A stretch of DNA of 64,000 nt from Escherichia coli O157:H7 (GCF_013167455.1 NZ_CP038328.1); one strand, 5' to 3'. Shown: positions 31,259-41,770, numbered from the stretch's first letter. Numbers and translations are program-made. Notes: generated by a model from the sequence alone, not told the origin.

Positions 31259-31690
31259 TTATTTAACGGGGGAAATATGCAACTCGTCGTAACCAGAAAG
31301 CGCGCAAGGTTGGCGGCTAAACGCCAGTTCCTCAAGGCTACCGATCACCAGTTCAAGCGTGGTCCGCACGGTACAGCCGGGCATCATATGACCGCCAAGC
31401 ATCGTGCCGTGTGGATCGGAAACGCAGAGATGAAGATGCTCACCACTCTGTTCCAACGTGCCGTTTAGTGAGATCACTTCGAATGTACCGTTCAGGAGCG
31501 TGGTGCCTTCTTGCCCGGCATAGCGCAAGGCGATGTCAGTCAGGCTACCGGTACAGCCTGCAATCCAGGCGGCATGAAGTTGCTGCTGCTGTGCAAAAGC
31601 GTGTAGCTGGGAAAAAACTTCCTGCCCGGGGAGGAGGCGCAGTGCGTAAAAGCGTGCGGAGGAAGAATATGGGTAGGGCAATGTCATCAT
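31259..31690 (-). CDS. PPC (DUF296) domain protein
   Basis: 143-aa ORF with the LRLLPGQEV..HLHLCVSDPHGTMLGGHMMPG pattern characteristic of the PPC/DUF296 domain. It is the first gene of the ECF operon. Confidence 0.7.
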   Translation of the reverse strand: MMTLPYPYSSSARFYALRLLPGQEVFSQLHAFAQQQQLHAAWIAGCTGSLTDIALRYAGQEGTTLLNGTFEVISLNGTLEQSGEHLHLCVSDPHGTMLGGHMMPGCTVRTTLELVIGSLEELAFSRQPCALSGYDELHISPVK

Positions 31691-31752
31691 TGGAGTACTC
31701 CGAAACTCGGACGTATTACGGATAATATCGACGCTGCATCAGTCATATTCTG

Positions 31753-31780
31753 ATATAAGTCAGGGTTTGTGACGGCACAA
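31753..31780 (-). promoter_or_regulatory. candidate sigma70 promoter of the PPC-ECF operon
   Basis: On the minus strand, TTGTGC-16 nt-TTATAT about 60 nt upstream of the PPC gene ATG. This is a sequence-only prediction. Confidence 0.3.
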
Positions 31781-32061
31781 CGAAAAGATTTTGCTACGCT
31801 TATTCGTGATTCTGCAAAGTGGAATAAATTCCACAGGGGCGGGGCTGAAAACGTGACGTAAGTCAGATAATTGTTTTCTTTGACTGGACAATCATTCCTT
31901 TTATTCCACGTTTCGCTTATCCTAGCTGAAGCGTTTCAGTCGATTAAATGTTCGACAATTAACCAATCAGTCGCAGTTTGCGACAGGTAAGGTTTCCCCG
32001 GACGATTTGCTGGATTACTCTGTCTGGCAAATTTGCTCAGGGAAAACCTTGCAGGAGATCT

Positions 32062-33081
32062 ATGACCGTACGCGTAGCGATAAATGGCTTCGGTCGCATC
32101 GGGCGTAATGTGGTTCGTGCTTTGTATGAATCCGGACGCCGGGCGGAAATTACCGTGGTGGCAATCAACGAACTGGCGGATGCTGCGGGCATGGCGCATT
32201 TGTTGAAATACGACACCAGCCATGGCCGTTTTGCATGGGAAGTACGACAGGAACGCGATCAACTTTTTGTTGGTGATGACGCCATCCGCGTATTGCATGA
32301 ACGTTCACTGCAATCGCTCCCCTGGCGTGAACTTGGCGTTGATGTAGTCCTCGACTGCACCGGCGTATATGGCTCCCGCGAGCATGGCGAAGCGCACATT
32401 GCCGCCGGGGCTAAAAAAGTGCTCTTTTCACATCCTGGCAGTAACGATCTCGACGCGACCGTTGTTTACGGCGTCAATCAGGATCAACTTCGTGCGGAGC
32501 ACCGCATCGTTTCTAACGCTTCCTGTACCACGAATTGCATAATTCCCGTCATCAAATTGTTAGATGATGCGTACGGTATTGAGTCCGGCACTGTGACCAC
32601 AATTCACTCCGCCATGCACGATCAACAGGTTATTGATGCATACCATCCTGACCTGCGTCGCACCCGGGCAGCCAGCCAGTCGATCATTCCGGTCGATACT
32701 AAACTGGCCGCCGGTATCACACGATTTTTTCCGCAATTTAACGATCGCTTTGAAGCGATTGCGGTACGTGTGCCAACCATAAATGTGACGGCAATCGATT
32801 TAAGCGTGACGGTGAAGAAACCTGTAAAAGCCAATGAAGTCAACCTGTTGCTGCAAAAAGCAGCACAAGGTGCATTTCATGGTATAGTTGACTATACGGA
32901 ATTGCCGTTGGTCTCTGTAGATTTTAACCACGATCCGCACAGTGCCATTGTCGATGGCACCCAAACCCGGGTCAGTGGCGCACACCTGATCAAAACGTTG
33001 GTCTGGTGCGATAACGAATGGGGCTTTGCTAACCGAATGCTCGACACGACGTTAGCTATGGCTACTGTTGCTTTCAGGTAA
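32062..33081 (+). CDS. epd: erythrose-4-phosphate dehydrogenase
   Basis: Start trimmed to [15 protein letters not shown] (339 aa). SNASCTTN active site. Recognised as Epd (GapB). Confidence 0.96.
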
Positions 33082-33130
33082 GACGCAAGCAGCGTCTGCA
33101 AAACTTTTAGAATCAACGAGAGGATTCACC

Positions 33131-34294
33131 ATGTCTGTAATTAAGATGACCGATCTGGATCTTGCTGGGAAACGTGTATTTATCCGTGCGGATCTGAACG
33201 TACCAGTAAAAGACGGGAAAGTAACCAGCGACGCGCGTATCCGTGCTTCTCTGCCGACCATCGAACTGGCCCTGAAACAAGGCGCAAAAGTGATGGTAAC
33301 TTCCCACCTGGGTCGTCCTACCGAAGGCGAGTACAACGAAGAATTCTCTCTGCTGCCGGTTGTTAACTACCTGAAAGACAAACTGTCTAACCCGGTTCGT
33401 CTGGTTAAAGATTACCTCGACGGCGTTGACGTTGCTGAAGGTGAACTGGTTGTTCTGGAAAACGTTCGCTTCAACAAAGGCGAGAAGAAAGACGACGAAA
33501 TCCTGTCCAAAAAATACGCTGCACTGTGTGACGTGTTCGTAATGGACGCATTCGGTACTGCTCACCGCGCGCAGGCTTCTACTCACGGTATCGGTAAATT
33601 CGCTGACGTTGCGTGCGCAGGCCCGCTGCTGGCAGCTGAACTGGACGCGCTGGGTAAGGCACTGAAAGAACCTGCTCGCCCGATGGTGGCTATCGTTGGT
33701 GGTTCTAAAGTATCTACCAAACTGACCGTTCTGGACTCCCTGTCTAAAATCGCTGACCAGCTGATTGTTGGTGGTGGTATCGCTAACACCTTTATCGCGG
33801 CACAAGGCCACGATGTGGGTAAATCCCTGTACGAAGCTGACCTGGTTGACGAAGCAAAACGTCTGCTGACCACCTGCAACATCCCGGTTCCGTCTGATGT
33901 TCGCGTAGCAACCGAGTTCTCTGAAACCGCTCCGGCTACCCTGAAATCTGTTAACGACGTGAAAGCTGACGAGCAGATCCTGGATATCGGTGATGCTTCC
34001 GCTCAGGAACTGGCTGAAATCCTGAAGAATGCGAAAACCATTCTGTGGAACGGTCCGGTTGGCGTGTTCGAATTCCCGAACTTCCGCAAAGGTACTGAAA
34101 TCGTGGCTAACGCTATCGCAGACAGCGAAGCGTTCTCCATCGCTGGCGGCGGCGACACTCTGGCAGCAATCGACCTGTTCGGCATTGCTGACAAAATCTC
34201 CTACATCTCCACTGGCGGCGGCGCATTCCTCGAATTCGTGGAAGGTAAAGTACTGCCTGCAGTAGCGATGCTCGAAGAGCGCGCTAAGAAGTAA
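33131..34294 (+). CDS. pgk: phosphoglycerate kinase
   Basis: Start trimmed to [16 protein letters not shown] (387 aa). Recognised as Pgk. Confidence 0.98.
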   Translation: MSVIKMTDLDLAGKRVFIRADLNVPVKDGKVTSDARIRASLPTIELALKQGAKVMVTSHLGRPTEGEYNEEFSLLPVVNYLKDKLSNPVRLVKDYLDGVDVAEGELVVLENVRFNKGEKKDDEILSKKYAALCDVFVMDAFGTAHRAQASTHGIGKFADVACAGPLLAAELDALGKALKEPARPMVAIVGGSKVSTKLTVLDSLSKIADQLIVGGGIANTFIAAQGHDVGKSLYEADLVDEAKRLLTTCNIPVPSDVRVATEFSETAPATLKSVNDVKADEQILDIGDASAQELAEILKNAKTILWNGPVGVFEFPNFRKGTEIVANAIADSEAFSIAGGGDTLAAIDLFGIADKISYISTGGGAFLEFVEGKVLPAVAMLEERAKK

Positions 34295-34301
34295 AAAATC
34301 A

Positions 34302-34328
34302 CAGGGCAGGGAAACCTGCCCTTGTTTC
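34302..34328 (+). terminator. hairpin after pgk (partial terminator/processing site)
   Basis: CAGGGCAGG-gaaa-CCTGCCCTTG stem with only a short T tract, consistent with read-through into fbaA. Confidence 0.5.
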
Positions 34329-34355
34329 AGCGCGCTTTTAGAGCACGCATTTTTT

Positions 34356-34483
34356 CATACTCTAAATAATTCGAGTTGCAGGAAGGCGACAAGAGAGTGA
34401 ATCCCCAGGAGCTTACATAAGTAAGTGACTGGGGTGAGCGAACGCAGACGCAGCACATGCAACTTGAAGTATGACGAGTATAA
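34356..34483. repeat. ERIC (IRU) element
   Basis: Contains GTGAATCCCCAGGAGCTTACAT and AAGTAAGTGACTGGGGTGAGCG, the sequences from which the ERIC1R/ERIC2 primers derive, plus inverted ends. Boundaries are approximate. Confidence 0.85.
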
Positions 34484-34508
34484 GGCCCGACGATACAGGA
34501 CAAGAGAC

Positions 34509-35588
34509 ATGTCTAAGATTTTTGATTTCGTAAAACCTGGCGTAATCACTGGTGATGACGTACAGAAAGTTTTCCAGGTAGCAAAAGAAAACAACTTCGC
34601 ACTGCCAGCAGTAAACTGCGTCGGTACTGACTCCATCAACGCCGTACTGGAAACTGCTGCTAAAGTTAAAGCGCCGGTTATCGTTCAGTTCTCCAACGGT
34701 GGTGCTTCCTTTATCGCTGGTAAAGGCGTGAAATCTGACGTTCCGCAGGGTGCTGCTATCCTGGGCGCGATCTCTGGTGCGCATCACGTTCACCAGATGG
34801 CTGAACATTATGGTGTTCCGGTTATCCTGCACACTGACCACTGCGCGAAGAAACTGCTGCCGTGGATCGACGGTCTGCTGGACGCGGGTGAAAAACACTT
34901 CGCAGCTACCGGTAAGCCGCTGTTCTCTTCTCACATGATCGACCTGTCTGAAGAATCTCTGCAAGAGAACATCGAAATCTGCTCTAAATACCTGGAGCGC
35001 ATGTCCAAAATCGGCATGACTCTGGAAATCGAACTGGGTTGCACCGGTGGTGAAGAAGACGGCGTGGACAACAGCCACATGGACGCTTCTGCACTGTACA
35101 CCCAGCCGGAAGACGTTGATTACGCATACACCGAACTGAGCAAAATCAGCCCGCGTTTCACCATCGCAGCGTCCTTCGGTAACGTACACGGTGTTTACAA
35201 GCCGGGTAACGTGGTTCTGACTCCGACCATCCTGCGTGATTCTCAGGAATATGTTTCTAAGAAACACAACCTGCCGCACAACAGCCTGAACTTCGTATTC
35301 CACGGTGGTTCCGGTTCTACTGCTCAGGAAATCAAAGACTCCGTAAGCTACGGCGTAGTGAAAATGAACATCGATACCGATACCCAATGGGCAACCTGGG
35401 AAGGCGTTCTGAACTACTACAAAGCGAACGAAGCTTATCTGCAGGGTCAGCTGGGTAACCCGAAAGGCGAAGATCAGCCGAACAAGAAATACTACGATCC
35501 GCGCGTATGGCTGCGTGCCGGTCAGACTTCGATGATCGCTCGTCTGGAAAAAGCATTCCAGGAACTGAACGCGATCGACGTTCTGTAA
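34509..35588 (+). CDS. fbaA: class II fructose-bisphosphate aldolase
   Basis: Start trimmed to MSKIFDFVKPGVITGDD (359 aa). Recognised as FbaA. Confidence 0.98.
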   Translation: MSKIFDFVKPGVITGDDVQKVFQVAKENNFALPAVNCVGTDSINAVLETAAKVKAPVIVQFSNGGASFIAGKGVKSDVPQGAAILGAISGAHHVHQMAEHYGVPVILHTDHCAKKLLPWIDGLLDAGEKHFAATGKPLFSSHMIDLSEESLQENIEICSKYLERMSKIGMTLEIELGCTGGEEDGVDNSHMDASALYTQPEDVDYAYTELSKISPRFTIAASFGNVHGVYKPGNVVLTPTILRDSQEYVSKKHNLPHNSLNFVFHGGSGSTAQEIKDSVSYGVVKMNIDTDTQWATWEGVLNYYKANEAYLQGQLGNPKGEDQPNKKYYDPRVWLRAGQTSMIARLEKAFQELNAIDVL

Positions 35589-35612
35589 GTCATTCCTTTC
35601 TGCTTATCTCAA

Positions 35613-35637
35613 GGCCCGCTCTGCGGGTCTTTTTTTC
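35613..35637 (+). terminator. intrinsic terminator after fbaA (copy A)
   Basis: GCCCGC-tct-GCGGGT stem followed by CTTTTTTT. Confidence 0.75.
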
Positions 35638-35652
35638 GCCAAAAGCAAAATT

Positions 35653-35750
35653 GCCTGATGCGCTATGCTTATCAGGCCTACACGTATCCTGCAATATATT
35701 GAATTTGCAGGTTTTTGTAGGCCGGATAAGGCGTTCACGCCGCATCCGGC
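35653..35750. repeat. BIME (pair of inverted REPs)
   Basis: GCCTGATGCGCTATGCTTATCAGGCCTAC ... GTAGGCCGGATAAGGCGTTCACGCCGCATCCGGC. Confidence 0.9.
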
Positions 35751-35780
35751 ATGACAAAGCGCACATTGATATCTGTCTGA

Positions 35781-35805
35781 GCCCCGCTCTGCGGGGATTT
35801 TTTTG
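35781..35805 (+). terminator. second terminator-like hairpin (copy B of the fbaA terminator)
   Basis: CCCCGC-tct-GCGGGG stem followed by ATTTTTTT, then the same GCCAAAAGCAA tail as copy A. Confidence 0.65.
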
Positions 35806-35945
35806 CCAAAAGCAAGGTGATTCAGATGAGAAATCTGTGATCTATTTGGCAAAATTATGCTTTATTGTTTACCCTTGTCAGACTGCCCGTCATAAGGCGG
35901 CGGAGTGTATTTCTCCATTTTGAGTCAGTTGAAAAGGAATATTGA

Positions 35946-36806
<861 letters not shown>

Positions 36807-36814
36807 TCAACGCT

Positions 36815-36848
36815 GAGGCCAGATAATACTCTCTGGCCTCTCTCTTAT
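36815..36848 (+). terminator. hairpin after mscS (candidate terminator)
   Basis: GAGGCCAGA-N8-TCTGGCCTC stem followed by TCTCTTATT. Confidence 0.5.
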
Positions 36849-36849
36849 T

Positions 36850-36944
36850 AGTTATTCTGATTGCCAATTAATATTATCAATTTCCGCTAATAACAATCCC
36901 GCGATATAGTCTCTGCATCAGATACTTAATTCGGAATATCCAAC
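36850..36944 (+). promoter_or_regulatory. argO promoter/control region (ArgP- and Lrp-regulated in K-12)
   Basis: AT-rich 95 bp immediately upstream of the argO GTG. The assignment rests on published argO regulation, and individual sites were not mapped. Confidence 0.4.
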
Positions 36945-37580
36945 GTGTTTTCTTATTACTTTCAAGGTCTTGCTCTTGGGGCAGCTATGATTCTGCCGCT
37001 CGGCCCACAAAATGCTTTTGTGATGAATCAGGGCATTCGTCGTCAGTACCACATTATGATTGCCTTACTTTGCGCTATCAGCGATTTGGTCCTGATTTGC
37101 GCGGGGATTTTTGGTGGTAGCGCGTTATTGATGCAGTCGCCGTGGTTGCTGGCGCTGGTCACCTGGGGCGGCGTAGTCTTCTTGCTGTGGTATGGTTTTG
37201 GCGCTTTTAAAACAGCGATGAGTAGTAATATTGAGTTAGCTAGTGCCGAAGTCCTGAAGCAAGGCAGATGGAAAATTATCGCCACCATGTTGGCAGTGAC
37301 CTGGCTGAATCCGCATGTTTACCTAGATACTTTTGTTGTACTGGGCAGCCTTGGCGGGCAGCTTGACGTCGAACCAAAACGTTGGTTTGCGCTCGGGACA
37401 ATTAGCGCCTCTTTCCTGTGGTTCTTTGGTCTGGCTATTCTCGCAGCCTGGCTGGCACCGCGCCTGCGCACGGCAAAATCACAGCGCATTATCAATCTGG
37501 TAGTGGGATGTGTCATGTGGTTTATAGCCTTGCAGCTGGCGAGAGACGGTATTGCTCATGCACAAGCCTTGTTCAGTTAG
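36945..37580 (+). CDS. argO: arginine exporter (LysE family)
   Basis: 211-aa ORF with a GTG start ([25 protein letters not shown]). Recognised as ArgO (YggA). Confidence 0.94.
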   Translation: MFSYYFQGLALGAAMILPLGPQNAFVMNQGIRRQYHIMIALLCAISDLVLICAGIFGGSALLMQSPWLLALVTWGGVVFLLWYGFGAFKTAMSSNIELASAEVLKQGRWKIIATMLAVTWLNPHVYLDTFVVLGSLGGQLDVEPKRWFALGTISASFLWFFGLAILAAWLAPRLRTAKSQRIINLVVGCVMWFIALQLARDGIAHAQALFS

Positions 37581-37672
37581 GCGCTATCTGATGGAAAAAT
37601 AAAACAGAGGCGCTAAGCTTGCCTCCAGAGATCCTGAATTTTGGGCAAGTCAATTAACACGGAGAGACTAAC

Positions 37673-38413
37673 GTGAAGTTCAAAGTTATCGCCCTGGCGG
37701 CATTAATGGGTATTAGCGGGATGGCAGCGCAGGCTAACGAATTGCCGGATGGACCGCATATTGTCACCTCCGGTACGGCAAGTGTGGATGCGGTGCCAGA
37801 CATTGCCACTCTTGCGATTGAAGTTAACGTGGCCGCGAAGGATGCCGCTACAGCCAAGAAACAGGCAGATGAGCGCGTCGCACAATACATTTCCTTCCTT
37901 GAACTCAATCAGATCGCGAAAAAAGATATCAGCTCAGCGAATTTACGCACCCAGCCAGATTATGATTATCAGGATGGTAAAAGTATCCTGAAAGGCTACC
38001 GCGCTGTGAGAACGGTGGAAGTCACGCTCCGTCAGTTAGACAAACTGAATTCCTTGCTGGATGGCGCGCTGAAGGCGGGTCTTAACGAAATTCGTTCAGT
38101 GTCGCTGGGCGTGGCGCAGCCGGATGCCTATAAAGACAAAGCGCGTAAGGCAGCGATTGATAACGCGATTCATCAGGCGCAGGAACTGGCGAACGGCTTT
38201 CATCGTAAACTGGGGCCGGTATATAGCGTGCGCTACCATGTTTCCAACTATCAGCCCAGCCCAATGGTGCGGATGATGAAAGCCGATGCCGCGCCGGTGT
38301 CTGCCCAGGAAACTTACGAGCAGGCCGCTATTCAGTTTGATGATCAGGTCGATGTGGTCTTCCAGTTAGAACCTGTGGATCAACAACCCGCTAAAACACC
38401 TGCAGCACAATAA
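37673..38413 (+). CDS. yggE: periplasmic oxidative-stress-related protein YggE (SIMPL/DUF541)
   Basis: 246-aa ORF with a GTG start and a signal peptide. Recognised as YggE. Confidence 0.9.
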   Translation: MKFKVIALAALMGISGMAAQANELPDGPHIVTSGTASVDAVPDIATLAIEVNVAAKDAATAKKQADERVAQYISFLELNQIAKKDISSANLRTQPDYDYQDGKSILKGYRAVRTVEVTLRQLDKLNSLLDGALKAGLNEIRSVSLGVAQPDAYKDKARKAAIDNAIHQAQELANGFHRKLGPVYSVRYHVSNYQPSPMVRMMKADAAPVSAQETYEQAAIQFDDQVDVVFQLEPVDQQPAKTPAAQ

Positions 38414-38419
38414 TACTTG

Positions 38420-38443
38420 TAGCCCGACGTATTCGTCGGGCTA
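38420..38443. terminator. hairpin after yggE
   Basis: TAGCCCGACG-tatt-CGTCGGGCTA perfect 10-bp stem. No clear T tract on either side. Confidence 0.4.
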
Positions 38444-38579
38444 ATGCCTTTACCCGATATTGCCTCCTTTTTCTGTAATTTTCTGTAAAACCATGACGTA
38501 ATCACCTATCTTTGCTCGCGGTTTCATCAAGGATAGGCTGACTGAAACGGTTAAGCGGACAAGGATGCGGGGAGGGGGG

Positions 38580-39476
38580 ATGGACATTTTTATTTCGAAA
38601 AAGATGCGCAATTTCATTTTATTAGCGCAAACCAATAATATTGCCCGGGCGGCAGAAAAAATCCATATGACGGCTTCGCCATTTGGTAAAAGCATTGCCG
38701 CGCTGGAAGAACAAATTGGCTATACGCTATTTACCCGCAAAGATAATAATATCAGCCTCAATAAAGCCGGTCAGGAACTGTATCAAAAACTGTTCCCGGT
38801 TTATCAACGACTTTCTGCGATTGATAATGAAATCCATAACTCAGGGCGTCGTTCACGAGAAATTGTGATTGGCATAGATAATACTTATCCGACAATTATT
38901 TTCGATCAGTTGATTAGTCTCGGAGATAAGTATGAAGGCGTGACCGCCCAGCCAGTTGAGTTCAGCGAAAACGGCGTTATCGATAATCTTTTTGACCGTC
39001 AGTTAGATTTTATTATCTCCCCACAGCATGTATCTGCACGAGTTCAGGAACTGGAAAACCTGACTATCAGTGAATTACCACCGCTGCGATTGAACTTTCT
39101 CGTTTCTCGCCGTTATGAAGAGCGTCAAGAGCAAGAGCTGCTTCAGGAGCTGCCCTAGCTACAAATGCGCTTTCAAAACCGGGCTAACTTCGAAGCAATG
39201 ATTGATGCGAATATGCGACCTTGTGGGATCAATCCCACCATTATTTATCGTCCCTACAGTTTTATGGCCAAAATCAGCGCCGTGGAGCGCGGACATTTTC
39301 TGACGGTGATCCCGCATTTTGCCTGGCGACTGGTGAATCCGGCAACGCTGAAATATTTTGATGCGCCGCACAGGCCGATGTATATGCAGGAATATCTTTA
39401 TTCAATCAGAAATCATCGTTATACCGCCACGATGCTTCAGCATATTGCTGAAGATCGTGACGGGACAAACCATTAA
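38580..39476 (+). pseudogene. ygfI: LysR-family regulator YgfI interrupted by an in-frame amber codon
   Basis: The ORFs at 38565-39158 and 39165-39476 are in the same frame, separated by a single TAG at 39156-39158. Joined from the ATG at 38580 (SD GGAGGGGGG) they give 298 codons, the K-12 YgfI length. The HTH is in the first part and the end of the effector domain in the second. Confidence 0.8.
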
Positions 39477-40951
39477 CCCAGCATCGAGCCGGTTGCAATT
39501 AAATTACGGTGTAAGTCGAAGACGTGGCTAAGATCGTGGTGAATATGTCCGCCGGGCGCATTTTCCAGATAGCGATGCAGATAATCCCGATACATAGGAT
39601 GTGCACAATTATCAATGATAGTGCGGGCGCGTTGAAGCGGGGAAAGACCGCGCAGATCGGCGATCCCTTGTTCGGTGATGATCACTTTGACGCTGTGTTC
39701 GTTGTGATCAACATGGCTGCACATTGGCACGACGGTTGAGATCTTGCCTTCTTTAGCAATCGACGGAGCCATAAAGATCGACAGATACGCGTTGCGTTCA
39801 AAATCACCGCTGCCGCCGATGCCGTTCATCAGATCGACCCCGGCTACGTGCGTTGAGTTGGCATGCCCGTAAATATCAAACTCCAGGCCGACGTTCAGAG
39901 CGATGACGCCCAGACGACGGATGATTTCCGGGTTATTGGAAATCTCCTGCGGACGCAACACAATGCGGCTGGCAAAGTAATCCATATTGTCGTAAATCTT
40001 GCGCAGGGAATCGGCCGAGATTGTCAGGCTGGAGGCGCTGGCCCCGCTGATTTTGCCGGTTTCCAGTAAATGCACCACCGATTCCTGTAGCACTTCCGAA
40101 TACATCATAAACGGAGGAATTTCCGGGTTTTCCCCCAGACGCGCCATTACCGCATTATTGATATTGCCCACGCCACTTTGCAGCGGCAGAAATTCCGGCG
40201 GAATACGCCCATGCGCCATTTCCTGCAATAAGAACGTGACCACGTTATCGGCAATCTGCTGGCACATGGGATTTTGCTTATCCAGCATATTACCGGCGTC
40301 GGGCAAGTTGGTTTCCACGACGGCGACAATCTTTTTCGGATCGATTTGCACATAGCGGGTACCGACGCGATCCATTGCATGGAAGATCGACACGCTATTG
40401 CGCCGCGGTGGCGCGCCAGGAATCACAATATCCGCCAGTTCTGCAACGCGCGGATCGTGATAGTGATTGAGTTCAATGATCACTTTCTTCGCTCGCAGCA
40501 GCCAGGTCGGCGCATTACCGATCCCGCTGGTTAACCAGACTCGACCATCTGGTGCCAGTGCCGATGCTTCAATGACGGCAACATCAATGTCGCCGAAGAA
40601 ACCGTAATTGACCATTTGCGCCACTTCGCTCAAATGCAGGTCAACGAAACTCACCGCGCCCTGATTGATCTTTTTACGTAAACCGGACGATGTTTGATAT
40701 GGCGCACGCCAGGAAACAGCATCGGCGTCAGAAAGTACATCGTCAGCGGCGGCGCTGATTGACGCCCCCGTCAGCAGGCGAATTTGATACGGCTTTTTGG
40801 CCTCATGCTGTTCGTTAGCTCTGCGGGCAATCGCGGTGGGTAGGGCTTTCGGCGAACCCGCTGGGGTAAAGCCGCTAAATGCCACCATGTCGTTATGCTG
40901 GATAATTTCTGCCGCTTCATCGGCGGTCATCCTTGTCCACTGAGTTTCCAT
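39473..40951 (-). CDS. scpC: propionyl-CoA:succinate CoA-transferase
   Basis: 492-aa ORF recognised as ScpC (YgfH), the last gene of the sbm operon. Confidence 0.94.
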   Translation of the reverse strand: METQWTRMTADEAAEIIQHNDMVAFSGFTPAGSPKALPTAIARRANEQHEAKKPYQIRLLTGASISAAADDVLSDADAVSWRAPYQTSSGLRKKINQGAVSFVDLHLSEVAQMVNYGFFGDIDVAVIEASALAPDGRVWLTSGIGNAPTWLLRAKKVIIELNHYHDPRVAELADIVIPGAPPRRNSVSIFHAMDRVGTRYVQIDPKKIVAVVETNLPDAGNMLDKQNPMCQQIADNVVTFLLQEMAHGRIPPEFLPLQSGVGNINNAVMARLGENPEIPPFMMYSEVLQESVVHLLETGKISGASASSLTISADSLRKIYDNMDYFASRIVLRPQEISNNPEIIRRLGVIALNVGLEFDIYGHANSTHVAGVDLMNGIGGSGDFERNAYLSIFMAPSIAKEGKISTVVPMCSHVDHNEHSVKVIITEQGIADLRGLSPLQRARTIIDNCAHPMYRDYLHRYLENAPGGHIHHDLSHVFDLHRNLIATGSMLG

Positions 40952-40974
40952 TTTTACTCCTTCGTTCGCAGGGA

Positions 40975-41760
40975 TTAATGACCAACGAAATTAGGTTTAC
41001 GTTTTTCGAGGAAAGCGTTCATCCCTTCCTGGTAATCTTCGCTGTCATAAACCGCGCGGCGCATCCCCTGAATACGTTCAAATTCATCGGAGTTCATGGT
41101 GTGTGCTTCGCCCAGTACACGCAGCTCTTCTTTGATAACGGCAATGGCTAACGGCGCTTTCTCAGAGATGTGGTGCGCCATTTGTAAGGTGAAATCTTCC
41201 AGTTCTTCCACTTCCACAACATGGTTGAGGATGCCGACAGCCAGCGCGCGCTGGGCGGTGATGGGCGAAGCGGTAAAAATCAGCTCTTTGACAATGTGGA
41301 AGCCCGCGTCGCGGGTCAGGTTGTGAATGCCGACCAGGTTATACGGGACGCCGAGGTTTACAGGCGTCATTGAGAAGGTTGAGGTACTGGCGGCGATAAT
41401 CAGATCGGAACTCATGATCATTTCAAATGCGCCACCCCAAACACTACCTTCCACCATCGAAATAATCGGTTTCGGGAATTTTTGGATCATGCGGGTGATT
41501 TGACGCAATGGATCATCATAGGAGAGCGGATCGCGACCGCCAGACGGCAGTTCGTGAATATCGTGACCTGCGGAGAAGACTTTGGATCCACTCGGCGCGC
41601 GCAAAATGATACAGCGAATTTCCGGCCGGTTGAGATCGCTTAACGCCTGCATAAGATCATCAATAAAGACTTTACTTAAGGCATTAAGTTTTCGGCCATA
41701 GTTAAACTCAATGACCGCCACTTTGTTGATAGTGACAACGTTAACATACTGATAAGACAT
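40975..41760 (-). CDS. scpB: methylmalonyl-CoA decarboxylase (crotonase family)
   Basis: Start trimmed to MSYQYVNVVTINKVAVIEF (261 aa). Recognised as ScpB (YgfG). Confidence 0.94.
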   Translation of the reverse strand: MSYQYVNVVTINKVAVIEFNYGRKLNALSKVFIDDLMQALSDLNRPEIRCIILRAPSGSKVFSAGHDIHELPSGGRDPLSYDDPLRQITRMIQKFPKPIISMVEGSVWGGAFEMIMSSDLIIAASTSTFSMTPVNLGVPYNLVGIHNLTRDAGFHIVKELIFTASPITAQRALAVGILNHVVEVEELEDFTLQMAHHISEKAPLAIAVIKEELRVLGEAHTMNSDEFERIQGMRRAVYDSEDYQEGMNAFLEKRKPNFVGH

Positions 41761-41770
41761 AAAAATTCCT

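Noticed and set aside
31691-31752. A possible riboswitch (TPP, FMN, B12, preQ1) in the leader of the ECF operon.
   Set aside because: The candidate leader is only about 60 nt and has no recognisable aptamer signature (no CUGAGA TPP core, no B12 box). A cmsearch against Rfam would settle it.
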